Shown: positions 40,005 through 50,468 of the stretch, piece after piece
How positions within the stretch are numbered: position 1 is the first letter of the stretch
How the letters are laid out: each line of letters starts with the position of its first letter
The notes under the pieces: generated by a model
Told to the model about the DNA's origin: nothing
Databases searched by the model: none
What the model saw: only the letters and a program-made list of their open reading frames with translations
NCBI GenBank assembly: GCA_963674825.1
Contig: OY771587.1
Coordinates: 416,001-480,000 of the forward strand
Source: Candidatus Cloacimonadales bacterium
Lineage (GTDB): Bacteria; Cloacimonadota; Cloacimonadia; Cloacimonadales; JAIOQZ01
Direction: 5' to 3'
Length of the DNA: 64,000 bases
Made by a program: the position numbers and the translations under genes

Positions 40005-43000
40005 TCAGAAATCCTTACCGTCGTATTCGTAACCATCATCCATGGGGAGAACGATTTCGATGTCGTCACCGGCGTATTTGTTTGAGGGTCCCGGAAGCGC
40101 TTTCTGCTTACCGGGAGCAGCGACTCTCGGCTGACGGTCTTCGAAGCGTCTATTCATCGCCGCATTTCTCGACTTGGTTAGCGTGAATTCGTTAACCATG
40201 GCTCGCAGCTCCGAAGCCTGAGAGTTCAGCTCTTCAGCCGCGCTTGCAGATTCCTCGGCGTTCGCGGCGTTACCCTGCGTGACCTTATTCAGTTCACCAA
40301 CTGCAAGATTCACCTGGCGGATCCCCTTTGCCTGTTCATCGGACGATACCGAGATTTCCTTCACGATGTCGTTCACCTTCGAGAAGCTTGTCTGGATGTT
40401 GCCAAACGACTTCGTTACTTCTTCTACGATCTTCGCACCTTCTTCGGAGTTTTTAAGCGAGGTTTCGATCAATTCATCTGTATTCCTGGCCGCCTCAGCG
40501 CTACGCAACGCTAGGTTTTTCACCTCTTCCGCCACGACTGCAAAGCCCTTTCCGGCTTCACCGGCGTGAGCGGCTTCCACTGCGGCATTCAGGGCGAGAA
40601 GATTGGTTTGGAACGCTATATCGTTAATCGTTTTGATGATGTTACTGGTCTCGTGTGCCGACTGCGTGATCGAGGCCATGGCGCTATTCATGCGGAACAT
40701 CGCGTTATTGCCAGAATCAACATGCTTCAGGGACTCTTCCGAAAGCGACATTCCCTGTTTGGCACTCTCTGCGTTGTTCAGGGTAAGCGAGTTCATTTGC
40801 TCAAGACTGGCAGCGATTTCTTCCAGCGAACTTGCCTGCTCTGACGATCCCGACGCAAGCGACTGACTACCGTTCGCGATCTCACCCGATGCCGACGATA
40901 TCTGCTGTACCGCGCGATCAACCTGAGAAAGCGCGTCTTCCAGATTATCACCCGCGTTGTTGATATTCTGCTTGAACGTGTTGAGATCACCTTTGTAGTT
41001 GTTACGCACACGAGCCGTCATATTCTTGTTTGCCAACTCGTGCATAACCTCCATCGCCTCGTTGATCGGATTGATGACGGCATCGAAAAGGCTGTTGATA
41101 CCTTGGACCAGGTCTTTGTAAGCCCCATTGTGCTTATCGGGATTTACGCGCTTTTTCAGTTTGCCGTCAGTCGCGGAATGGACAAGTTCCTGCGCATCTG
41201 TGATCAACTGCCCAAGAGCGTTCTTGACTCCCACTACACTCTTATTGATCGCAATGAAGTTCTTGCTGGTCTGCTCGGTGTCCTCGTCCGGCTTGGCTAT
41301 CGTCGTCTCGAAATCAAGCCGACCTGCAGCGAGAAGCTCCAGACGATCAAGGAGCTTCTTTACTTCCACCTGCTGGTATGCGCCGATCTTTTCCGTCTTT
41401 CGTTGGGCTGCCTTGATCGCGGTCAAGTCCATCACGACTTCAAGCGCTCCGATGATTTCACCATCACGATCTCTTACCGGAAGGCCTCGATACTCAATGT
41501 CAAGGTCTCTGCCTTGCGGATGCGCTTTTGTCTCACTTGTATTGGCCTGTCCAGTCCGCATGCACTTGCCGAGTGCGCAGTTTTCATTCTGACAATCATC
41601 CGTTTTGAAGTGATCGTAGCATTTCAATCCAACGAGTTCCTTCTGCGTCTTCCCAAGGATTTCAGCTCCACTCTTGTTCATGAACTGGATATTGAAGCCC
41701 TTATCAACGATCATAAAGGGTGTAGGTGCCAGATCAATCAGCGTGATGATTGAATCCATGATCTGGTTGATGCCCTCGACGATTTTACGATAGTCACCTT
41801 GCTGTTTTGTCGCCTCCGCACGCATCAGTAGCCGTCCATTGATTCCGGCATCAACGAGCCCGTCGATATCAGCCATCAGCGTATTGAGTGTTCTGATACA
41901 CTGATTGAGGCTGTCCTTGATTCTATTGAAGTCCCCATGGTACGTATCGGTAATCTCCGGAGGAATATCTCCCTTCGCGATGTGATCGACGTAATCGAGT
42001 GTCATGACGATCGGATTGAAGAAGGCTTCAATGAGGTTGTTGATCTGGCTTGTCATATCCCTGAAATCGACGATCACAGATTCCGGACTGAGGCGTTGCC
42101 TGAGATCACCGTTTATAACAGAGGCAGCAACATCCCCGACCAGATCTGCGACCTTCTGAATACTGTCTGCTATCTTTTTCCCAAACCATATTGCAATGAA
42201 TAAAACGATGATGATGACCAGGACCATTATAATCAATATGTGCATCATTAGCTGATTAACCGGCTGATCTACCTCAGCCATATCGATTTCGGAAATGATC
42301 GCCCATTGAATACCGCTTGGCAAATCGATGAGCGAGTATGACGATAGAACGTATTCGTTCCTGTAATCCTTGATGATGAAGTCTTCCTCGCGGGTTGCGC
42401 CATCGTTTGTGCGCCCGGCCAATGCGCTTCTCGTTGCCTCGGTATCTACTTTGTTGCCTTGCTCCATCGAAGCCTTGACCGAGAAATTCACATTGTCCAG
42501 GAAGGAGTCGGATCTCATCATTTTATCCTGTCCGACGAGATAAGTCTCACCGGTTTCGCCCATTCCAACCCGTTCCTGCGTGATTTTATTAATAAGCCCC
42601 AGCGACACTTGCAGCGCCATGAAGCCGATCAGACGGGATTTGTTTTCAGGATCCATCATCGGAGCAGCAATGAAACACGCGACATCATTTGAAGGTGGGT
42701 ACCATTCGAAATCCGCCAGTGACGGCTTCCCTTTTCGTGCCTCCTCGACTGCCACCCGAAGCGCTCCATCCACCGGTTGACCCAAATCGCTCTCTTCTGC
42801 AACCGTAAACGCGACTTCGCCGCCCGGCGTTATGAAGAAGAAATCATAGTAGCCGTACGTCTCTATAAATTGCCGATATAATCCGGCATATTGACCCTTC
42901 AGATCAGCCCATCGAGGACCACCAACAACATGCCCTTCTTCTTCGAACGCGGAAATGAACTTCTTCCCAATCTCTTTCAAGGCAGGATTCGTGGAATTTA

Positions 43001-43196
43001 CTTCGAGATCGTGCATTCTCTCTTCAAAGAAGGTTACTACCTGTTCCTTACGGATCGACTGATTTGCATTCAGCATGCGGAAGGATTGCTGCCTGAGCTC
43101 ACCTTTACTCTGGTAGAATGAAATGATGCTGACAATGATCAAGGGAATGAGGCCAATCAATAGAAATCCAATGATCAGTTTCTTACGGATCGTCAT
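40005..43196 (-). CDS. Methyl-accepting chemotaxis protein 1 (Cache sensor, HAMPs, PAS, signalling domain)
   Basis: Two TMs, Cache motif GETGETYLVG.D.MMRSDS, PAS and [17 protein letters not shown]; start at MTIRKK after AAAGGAG. Confidence 0.93.
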   Translation of the reverse strand: MTIRKKLIIGFLLIGLIPLIIVSIISFYQSKGELRQQSFRMLNANQSIRKEQVVTFFEERMHDLEVNSTNPALKEIGKKFISAFEEEGHVVGGPRWADLKGQYAGLYRQFIETYGYYDFFFITPGGEVAFTVAEESDLGQPVDGALRVAVEEARKGKPSLADFEWYPPSNDVACFIAAPMMDPENKSRLIGFMALQVSLGLINKITQERVGMGETGETYLVGQDKMMRSDSFLDNVNFSVKASMEQGNKVDTEATRSALAGRTNDGATREEDFIIKDYRNEYVLSSYSLIDLPSGIQWAIISEIDMAEVDQPVNQLMMHILIIMVLVIIIVLFIAIWFGKKIADSIQKVADLVGDVAASVINGDLRQRLSPESVIVDFRDMTSQINNLIEAFFNPIVMTLDYVDHIAKGDIPPEITDTYHGDFNRIKDSLNQCIRTLNTLMADIDGLVDAGINGRLLMRAEATKQQGDYRKIVEGINQIMDSIITLIDLAPTPFMIVDKGFNIQFMNKSGAEILGKTQKELVGLKCYDHFKTDDCQNENCALGKCMRTGQANTSETKAHPQGRDLDIEYRGLPVRDRDGEIIGALEVVMDLTAIKAAQRKTEKIGAYQQVEVKKLLDRLELLAAGRLDFETTIAKPDEDTEQTSKNFIAINKSVVGVKNALGQLITDAQELVHSATDGKLKKRVNPDKHNGAYKDLVQGINSLFDAVINPINEAMEVMHELANKNMTARVRNNYKGDLNTFKQNINNAGDNLEDALSQVDRAVQQISSASGEIANGSQSLASGSSEQASSLEEIAASLEQMNSLTLNNAESAKQGMSLSEESLKHVDSGNNAMFRMNSAMASITQSAHETSNIIKTINDIAFQTNLLALNAAVEAAHAGEAGKGFAVVAEEVKNLALRSAEAARNTDELIETSLKNSEEGAKIVEEVTKSFGNIQTSFSKVNDIVKEISVSSDEQAKGIRQVNLAVGELNKVTQGNAANAEESASAAEELNSQASELRAMVNEFTLTKSRNAAMNRRFEDRQPRVAAPGKQKALPGPSNKYAGDDIEIVLPMDDGYEYDGKDF

Positions 43197-43744
43197 AATG
43201 TCTCCTTTCCAGTTCAACTCTGAATTTCTGTAGGGTTTTCAGATTCTTTTTTTGGCGTCTGCGCTGAGAGTTCCATTTTCTCCAGCAAGGTCAATTCAGA
43301 TTCGGCACCACATGACATGTTTCTTGATTGATGTGTCTTGATTATCCGTGCGTAAAATGCCTCCATGATTGGATATCATACAGTGTCAAAAAAAAAGGAG
43401 AACTGCCTGTATGGAAGGACATTGTGGCTAAATGAAATGCTGTCTGGAATCATGATGTCTCTTCGATCTACATCAATGATCTCTTTGGTTTTAAATGAAA
43501 AAGTTCGCTATATATTTAATGCAATAAATCCACCAATCTCACCCCAGACATTCGGTGGTAAAGCCTATCAATACGCTTCATCATAGATAATCAATGATCA
43601 ATTGTAATATCACCCCGGCATTACAATATTACTCGGTGTATCACAATATTCGTTGGTAGCACACCTCAAATCTCGTGATACATCCTATGAATTAAATTAA
43701 GCGAATACTTTGGAATGACAAATTATAATTGAATATCGATGCAG

Positions 43745-43772
43745 AAAAACCCGGCAGCAGAGGCCACCGGGT
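43745..43772 (-). terminator. Terminator after MCP2
   Basis: ACCCGG...CCGGGT with a T-run; similar to the MCP1 terminator. Confidence 0.7.
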
Positions 43773-43793
43773 CGTAATAAATCAGCGTTCTAA

Positions 43794-46490
43794 TCAGAAA
43801 TCCTTACCGTCGTCGTCGTAACCATCGTCCAAGGGGAGAACGATTTCGATGTCGTCGGCCGCATACTTGTTTGACGGTCCCGGAAGCGCTTTCTGCCTAC
43901 CGGGAGCAGCCAGCTCTGGTTGACCTTCTTCGAATCGTCTACTCATCGCGGTATTGCTCGAATTGGTGAGCTTGAACTCGTTGACCATCGAACGAAGCTC
44001 GGAAGCTTGAGAATTCAGCTCTTCAGCAGCGCTTGCAGATTCCTCGGCGTTGGCAGCATTACCTTGCGTGACCTTGTTCAGTTCACCAACAGCAAGACTA
44101 ACCTGGCGGATACCCTTAGCCTGCTCATCGGACGATACAGATATCTCTTTTACAATGTTGTTCACCTTCGAGAAGCTTGTCTGAATATTTCCGAACGACT
44201 GGGTTACTTCATCAACAATCTTCGAACCATCTTGAGAATTCTTGAGAGAAGTCTCAATCAGTTCATCCGTGTTCTTTGCAGCTTCAGCGCTGCGAAGTGC
44301 AAGGTTCTTTACCTCTTCCGCTACTACGGCAAAGCCTTTTCCTGCCTCCCCGGCATGAGCAGCTTCCACTGCGGCATTGAGAGCCAGAAGGTTGGTCTGG
44401 AAAGCAATATCGTTGATCGTCTTGATGATGTTACTGGTCTCATGGGCGGATTGAGTAATCGCAGCCATGGCGCTCGTCATTCTTGTCATTGCAGTATTAC
44501 CCGATTCTACGTGCTTCAGCGACTCCTCGGAGAGTGTCATTCCCTGACGTGAATTCTCTGCGTTGTTTAGCGTAAGTGAATTCATCTGCTCGAGACTGGA
44601 TGCGATTTCTTCCAGCGAGCTTGCCTGCTCCGAAGATCCCGACGCAAGTGATTGGCTGCCGTTGGCGATCTCACCGGAAGCAGAAGATATCTGTTGGACC
44701 GCACGATCCACCTGGGAAAGTGCGTCTTCCAGGTTATTCCCCGCGTTGTTGATGTTCTGCGTGAAGGTATTCAGATCGCCTCTATAAGTGCCACGTACCC
44801 GGGCTGTCATGTTCTTGTTCGCAAGCTCATGCATGACCGTCATTGCTTCGTTGATTGGGTTGATGATAGCGTCCATCAGTTTATTGATTCCACCTACCAT
44901 TTCGCGCCAGGAGTTCTTGAACTTTTTCTCTTCACCACGTGCTTTCAACTGGCCATCGGTTGCGGCTCTGATTAGGGTTCCTGTTTCTTTTAATAGCGAA
45001 TCCATGATGTTGATCATCTGATTCAGATTGCTGATGATGATGTTGAAATCGCCCTGGTATTTATCCTTGATGAGTGGTGGCAAATTGCCCTCGGATATGC
45101 GTTGCAGGTAGTCCGAAGTGAGATTGATTGGGGTTACAAAGGCAACGACGAGATCGTTGATTCCCACAATGAGTTCTTTCCACGAATTCTGGAATTGATT
45201 AGCCTTACCACGCACATCCAGCTTTCCAGCCTTGATAGCTGCTATCAACACATTCGTCTCTGCAAGCAGGCCATTAATGTTGCTAATACACAGGTTCACA
45301 CTGGTTTTGATCTTGTTGAAATCACCTTTGTATTCCTCTGTGATAAGCGGCGGCATATCACCCACGGAAATCCGCTGTATAAGATTGGTTGTCGTATTGA
45401 TCGGCTTGACAAATGCATCGACGATATGATTAATTCCCGAGATCATTTCTTTCCAGGAGTTTTCGAATTTTTCTTCGTTACCACGAACTGCAAGGTTGCC
45501 GTTAGTAGCTGCGTTGATCAGACTGTCCGTTTCTTTCAAAAGTCCGTTGATGATTCTGATCAGATTGTTGACGCTATTCTTCAAAGTATCGAAGTCTCCT
45601 CGAACTTCAGCAGTAATTTCCGGCGGAATATCCCCTTTGGCAATTTTATCAAGATATTCGAGGATGATCTTTATCGGTTCATGGAAGGCAACGATGATTT
45701 CGTTCACGCCAATGCTAATGGGCCTGAACTCGGGAGCAATCATCGATGTATCAACACGTTCTTTTAGCCTGCCATTGACAACATTGTCTGAAATGTTTGC
45801 AATTCCATCGATAACACCTTTAATGGCTTTTGTTACAGTAAAGTGAATGAAGAACGAAAGCCCGATCCATGCCAGAATACCGATAACCAGAAGCACCATG
45901 AAGAGACTTTGATTACTCGTGTAAATCGCTTGAGATTCAACCTTCACCGCTTGGGCATGATCCCACTCTTTCTGACCAAGAACATCGATAACATCACGCA
46001 TCGCCTCAAACTCAACAGCCGCTTGTCCCCGGCTGAGAGCTAAGGCTTCCTGATAGCTGGTTTCAGTCCTTTTCATCAGTACATTGGGGATACTTCTTGT
46101 CAGAGGTAGCCATTTCTCGCGATTCGATTCATATTCTCGAATCAATTCATTCTCCGTGGTAAGATCGAATACTTTTTTAAATTCCTGCCACCGCTCATCA
46201 GTCTGCTGAATATTCTCTTCCATGTCGGCAACAAAATTATTAAAAGCTTCAGTACCCGGTTCTTCTTGCAGTATCGATCGCTCGGCGACCAGAACCTGCT
46301 GCAAGTCTCGATCTATTTCTGACAGTAGATGAACGGAAGGAAGTATATTCTCCACTGTCTGCTTTACATTGCCATTGAGCGTATTATTTGCTCTTATGCT
46401 GAATATTGTAATGACGAGCATAAGAGCAAAAAGAAGCGTAAGGCCAATAAATGCTTTAACGCTCGATTTCAAATTAATGAAGAAATCCAT
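43794..46490 (-). CDS. Methyl-accepting chemotaxis protein 2 (four-helix-bundle sensor, poly-HAMP)
   Basis: Two TMs, three repeats of I..G..PP.I...Y.GDF, and the signalling hairpin; start at MDFFIN after AGGAGG. Confidence 0.93.
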   Translation of the reverse strand: MDFFINLKSSVKAFIGLTLLFALMLVITIFSIRANNTLNGNVKQTVENILPSVHLLSEIDRDLQQVLVAERSILQEEPGTEAFNNFVADMEENIQQTDERWQEFKKVFDLTTENELIREYESNREKWLPLTRSIPNVLMKRTETSYQEALALSRGQAAVEFEAMRDVIDVLGQKEWDHAQAVKVESQAIYTSNQSLFMVLLVIGILAWIGLSFFIHFTVTKAIKGVIDGIANISDNVVNGRLKERVDTSMIAPEFRPISIGVNEIIVAFHEPIKIILEYLDKIAKGDIPPEITAEVRGDFDTLKNSVNNLIRIINGLLKETDSLINAATNGNLAVRGNEEKFENSWKEMISGINHIVDAFVKPINTTTNLIQRISVGDMPPLITEEYKGDFNKIKTSVNLCISNINGLLAETNVLIAAIKAGKLDVRGKANQFQNSWKELIVGINDLVVAFVTPINLTSDYLQRISEGNLPPLIKDKYQGDFNIIISNLNQMINIMDSLLKETGTLIRAATDGQLKARGEEKKFKNSWREMVGGINKLMDAIINPINEAMTVMHELANKNMTARVRGTYRGDLNTFTQNINNAGNNLEDALSQVDRAVQQISSASGEIANGSQSLASGSSEQASSLEEIASSLEQMNSLTLNNAENSRQGMTLSEESLKHVESGNTAMTRMTSAMAAITQSAHETSNIIKTINDIAFQTNLLALNAAVEAAHAGEAGKGFAVVAEEVKNLALRSAEAAKNTDELIETSLKNSQDGSKIVDEVTQSFGNIQTSFSKVNNIVKEISVSSDEQAKGIRQVSLAVGELNKVTQGNAANAEESASAAEELNSQASELRSMVNEFKLTNSSNTAMSRRFEEGQPELAAPGRQKALPGPSNKYAADDIEIVLPLDDGYDDDGKDF

Positions 46491-46683
46491 CTTTCCTCCT
46501 GGATTGTGTTCTTTCATTTAAATCTAATCCGATATTCTGTCAGGCACAGAATAATCGTGTATTCCCGCAAAGATTATTTTAAACACAACACAGCCTTAAA
46601 TGACGATGAAGCAATATATTAGCGACAAACTGACGAACCATATTCAGCCATGAGCACCATTCAGTATAGATTGATGATTCAAT

Positions 46684-46715
46684 AAAAAAAAGCCCGGAAA
46701 GTGATTTTCCCGGGC
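46684..46715 (-). terminator. Terminator after MCP3
   Basis: GCCCGG...CCGGGC with a T8 tail on the minus strand. Confidence 0.75.
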
Positions 46716-46736
46716 CTTGTTTATATTCCTGATTAT

Positions 46737-49601
46737 CTAGAAATCCAGCTCTCGTTCCTCTTCCCCATGTTCTTCGTCCATGGGAAGAAGAATCTCGATT
46801 TCTCCACTCGTATATTTGTCCTTTCCTGGACCTGGTAGTGATTTGAGGCTCGGAAGCGAAGAAACCTTACTCGGCCCAACTTCGAAACGTCTGTTCATTC
46901 CAACGTTCGCCATTGACTGGCTCAGCTTGAATTCTCCAACCATCGAACGCAATTCAGCGGATTGAGAATTGAGCTCTTCCGCTGCGCTTGCAGATTCCTC
47001 TGCATTCGCAGCATTACCCTGGGTAACCTTGTTCAGTTCGCCTACAGCAACATTCACTTGGCGAATTCCCTCCGCCTGCTCATCTGATGAAACAGAGACT
47101 TCCTTCACGATGTTGTTCACCTTCGAGAAGCTGGCCTTGATATCCTCGAACGCCTTTGTTACTTCGGAAACGATACGTGCACCTTCAAGCGAGTTGCGTA
47201 ACGAGGATTCGATAAGCTCATCCGTGTTCTTTGCTGCTTCGGCACTGCGGAGCGCGAGATTTTTAACCTCCTCAGCAACCACTGCAAAACCCTTACCGGC
47301 TTCGCCGGCATGGGCAGCTTCAACTGCCGCGTTCAGCGCCAGGAGATTCGTCTGGAATGCGATATCATTGATCGTCTTGATGATATTGCTGGTCTCTTTC
47401 GCGGATTTTGCGATTGCCTCCATTGCGTTGTTCATATGAGACATGGCATCGTTACCCTTCTTGACATGTACCAGCGATTCTTCGGAAAGCGCCATGCCCT
47501 GACGAGAGTTATCCGCATTATTGAGCGTAAGAGAGTTCATTTCTTCAAGGCTTGATGCTATCTCCTCCAGCGAACTCGCCTGCTGGGAAGATCCGGAAGC
47601 AAGTGACTGGCTTCCGTTGGATATCTCACCGGCTGCTGTAGATATCTGTTGGACAGCACGATCAACTTGGGTAAGGGCATCTTCGAGGTTGTCACCAGCG
47701 TTGTTGATGTTCTGCTTGAACTCATTCAAATCGCCCTTATAACTGCCCTTCACACGCATGGTGAGGTTCTTGTTTGCCAATTCGCGCATCACATCCATTG
47801 CTTCGTTAATCGGATTGATAATCGCATCGAGCAGATTGTTGATACCTCTCATCAGCGCTTGATACTCACCTTTGTGTTTATTGGCCTGAGCGCGTGTGCT
47901 CAGCTTGCCATCCAGCGCTGCCTTGACAAGCACCTGCGCATCCTCTGTCAGAAGGCCGATTGCCTTTTTAACCTGCGCCAAACTGCTATTGATCGCCTCA
48001 AACCTGCTTCCAGTCTCATAGGTATCCTTATCTGTTGCAGCAATGCCGGTCTCGAACTGGAGGTTCCCATCCGCGAGATTTTGAAGACGATTCACCAGCT
48101 TCCCCACTTCTTCCTTCTGATAGGCAGTTATCTTATTGGAAAGCCGTTGCGCATTCTTGATATCTGTTTGATCTATGACCACTTCAAGTGCTCCATTGAT
48201 CTGACCATTACGATCACGAATAGGAACCCCCTCATATTTGATATCCAGATCCAATCCACCTGGATGCGCATCTGTCTCAGCGCTTTGCATCTGTCCCGTC
48301 TTCATGGCTCTGCTGAGAGCGCAGCGCTCGGTGTTGCAATCGCCCGTTTTGAACTGCTCATAGCATTTTTTACCCACGAGCTCACTCTGGCTCTTATTTA
48401 CAACATTAGCGCCAGTCTTGTTCATGAACTGAATATTGAACTGTTTATCGACGATCATAAAAGGACAAGGCGCACTATCGACCAGCATAACAATACGATC
48501 GATCGTATCATTAAGCCCAATGACGATATCTCTGTAACTTCCCTGATGCGCATCGGCGTTGGCACGCTCTAACAGACGACCGTCAACTGCGGCCGAAACA
48601 AGGCCTTCGACATCTGCCATCAGTTTGTTGAGAGTATCGATACATTGGTTCAGATTATCCTTTGTGACATTGAAATCACCGTGATATGTCGCCGTGATCC
48701 TTTCAGGGATATCGCCCTTCGAGATCCGCTCAATATAGTCTGCCGTCTCTTTGATTGGTTTGATGAAAGCCTCGATCAGTTCGTTTGCGTTTTCGACGAT
48801 CCCCCGAAAATCGATCGTTGTGGCATCCGGGTCACCCCGGCTATCAAGCCGACCCTGTTGTACATCGTGAGAAAGTGATGCAAATTGACGCACGATACCC
48901 TTGATCTGCCCCATGATTTTTCGAGGCAAAATCACAGAAATGAGTATGCCCAGAGCAATACCGAACGCCGACATAAAAATGATCAATATCATGGAATGAT
49001 GACTGTTCGCAACGCTCTCTTCTACCATGATATGAGTATTCCCGGTGTTTGTTTCCGTCAACTCGGTGAACGTATTACCCATTGCGTTGGATATAGGTAT
49101 CATGCGATCGATTGCTACCTGATATTGTGCATAGAGCCCTGCACGTTCCTCATCATTTGAGCTGTTCGCAAGTTGCAGTATTGTGCCGTCCAGTTCCTCA
49201 TAAACATCACGCCAGGCTTTGTACTGACCTTCAAGCTTTGCCATCAAGTCCCGCCCCTTCTGGGTTGCGCGAGGTATTTGCTTCAGCTCAGCCATGGCTG
49301 CATCCACTGCTTCCCAGCTCTTCTCCCGTTGTTTCTGAATGTTGCGAACATACGCCACGGCAGCCGACTGCTCCATTTTCTGTGAGAGCCAGACATCGAG
49401 CGTTTGCGCTCTGATGCTCATATGCTCCGTATTGAGCACGCCGATCAGTTGCATGTCTGGAATGCGATGGTGCCCGATGTTCTCCAGTTCAGTGCCAAGC
49501 ATCTCAAGCGAAGTGAAGCTCTCCAGTGAAATCGCTCCCACCACGATCAGCATGAGAATGAATACAGTGATTAAAATTGTCCCGATTGATAGTTTCTTCA
49601 T
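46737..49601 (-). CDS. Methyl-accepting chemotaxis protein 3 (four-helix-bundle sensor, HAMPs, PAS)
   Basis: Two TMs, a PAS similar to that of MCP1, and [17 protein letters not shown]. Confidence 0.93.
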   Translation of the reverse strand: MKKLSIGTILITVFILMLIVVGAISLESFTSLEMLGTELENIGHHRIPDMQLIGVLNTEHMSIRAQTLDVWLSQKMEQSAAVAYVRNIQKQREKSWEAVDAAMAELKQIPRATQKGRDLMAKLEGQYKAWRDVYEELDGTILQLANSSNDEERAGLYAQYQVAIDRMIPISNAMGNTFTELTETNTGNTHIMVEESVANSHHSMILIIFMSAFGIALGILISVILPRKIMGQIKGIVRQFASLSHDVQQGRLDSRGDPDATTIDFRGIVENANELIEAFIKPIKETADYIERISKGDIPERITATYHGDFNVTKDNLNQCIDTLNKLMADVEGLVSAAVDGRLLERANADAHQGSYRDIVIGLNDTIDRIVMLVDSAPCPFMIVDKQFNIQFMNKTGANVVNKSQSELVGKKCYEQFKTGDCNTERCALSRAMKTGQMQSAETDAHPGGLDLDIKYEGVPIRDRNGQINGALEVVIDQTDIKNAQRLSNKITAYQKEEVGKLVNRLQNLADGNLQFETGIAATDKDTYETGSRFEAINSSLAQVKKAIGLLTEDAQVLVKAALDGKLSTRAQANKHKGEYQALMRGINNLLDAIINPINEAMDVMRELANKNLTMRVKGSYKGDLNEFKQNINNAGDNLEDALTQVDRAVQQISTAAGEISNGSQSLASGSSQQASSLEEIASSLEEMNSLTLNNADNSRQGMALSEESLVHVKKGNDAMSHMNNAMEAIAKSAKETSNIIKTINDIAFQTNLLALNAAVEAAHAGEAGKGFAVVAEEVKNLALRSAEAAKNTDELIESSLRNSLEGARIVSEVTKAFEDIKASFSKVNNIVKEVSVSSDEQAEGIRQVNVAVGELNKVTQGNAANAEESASAAEELNSQSAELRSMVGEFKLSQSMANVGMNRRFEVGPSKVSSLPSLKSLPGPGKDKYTSGEIEILLPMDEEHGEEERELDF

Positions 49602-49653
49602 GATTGTTCTCCCCCATCATGTAAGATACGCCATACGGCTATTAGGTGTTGCG

Positions 49654-50157
49654 TTAATGAGCCTTCTGCAGATTTTTCATCTTCAGCAGTTCCTCTTTCG
49701 AAAGGATGTTGTCCGTATCCAGAAGCGTTATAACCTTGCCTTTTACCTTTGCCATGCCCTCTACATACCGGTTTTCGATTCCGGTCCCAACAGAAGGAAG
49801 TTCATCTACCTGGTTGTTGTGAATGTCGATAACTTCCAGCACATTATCGACAATGATCCCCATTACGACTTCGCCGTCATTGATGTGGGCTTTGATGATA
49901 ATAATACTGGTTCTGTCGTCATACTCCCGTACCGGCAGTGTAAGTCGCATCCGTAAATCCATGACCGGTATGATCCTTCCACTTCGGTTGATCACACCTT
50001 TGATGTAATGCGGCGTTTGAGGAATCGGAGTGATTTCAGGAATTGCAATGATCTGGATGATGTTTTCGACGTGAATCCCGTATGGTTGCTGTTGAAGGAG
50101 AAAGGTCAAATACTTGTTGTGTTCCTGTTTAGAACCTTGTCCATATTGATTATCCAT
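49654..50157 (-). CDS. cheW: Chemotaxis coupling protein CheW
   Basis: YLTF.L....YGI...ITPIP..P.YIKGVIN..G.IIPVMDLR...GIIVD.V.EV. Confidence 0.95.
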   Translation of the reverse strand: MDNQYGQGSKQEHNKYLTFLLQQQPYGIHVENIIQIIAIPEITPIPQTPHYIKGVINRSGRIIPVMDLRMRLTLPVREYDDRTSIIIIKAHINDGEVVMGIIVDNVLEVIDIHNNQVDELPSVGTGIENRYVEGMAKVKGKVITLLDTDNILSKEELLKMKNLQKAH

Positions 50158-50367
50158 GTAGCCTCCTGAGTCAATTTCCCTATATAGCTAAAATGAAAAT
50201 TTTTTCGGGTAAATTGTTGATCAAGTAGCGCAAAACGAATTTAAAGGTCGATAATCAGTTACGAATCCTATCAGTTTTCATGAACAAATCTTTTCCCAAC
50301 ATCAGCATAAGCTACAAGAAGATACTATCGTGATAGCGAAAAGCAAACTATAAATATTATTTATATG

Positions 50368-50395
50368 ATATCGGCATAATTGCATTGTATTATTA
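50368..50395 (-). promoter_or_regulatory. Possible sigma28 (FliA)-type promoter for cheW-MCP3
   Basis: TAAT(A)-N15/16-GCCGATAT on the minus strand. Confidence 0.4.
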
Positions 50396-50422
50396 ATATT
50401 TCAATCTCATCTTAATAAATGA

Positions 50423-50456
50423 ACACGGCTCGATATCAATAGATATGGAGCCGTGT
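50423..50456 (-). terminator. Hairpin after the GNAT gene
   Basis: ACACGGCTC...GAGCCGTGT inverted repeat. Confidence 0.55.
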
Positions 50457-50468
50457 CTCTGATAACCG

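Noticed and set aside
43197..43793. c-di-GMP riboswitch or small gene (43365-43586) upstream of MCP1
   Set aside because: No GEMM motif is visible, and the small ORF is AT-rich with no RBS or recognisable features.
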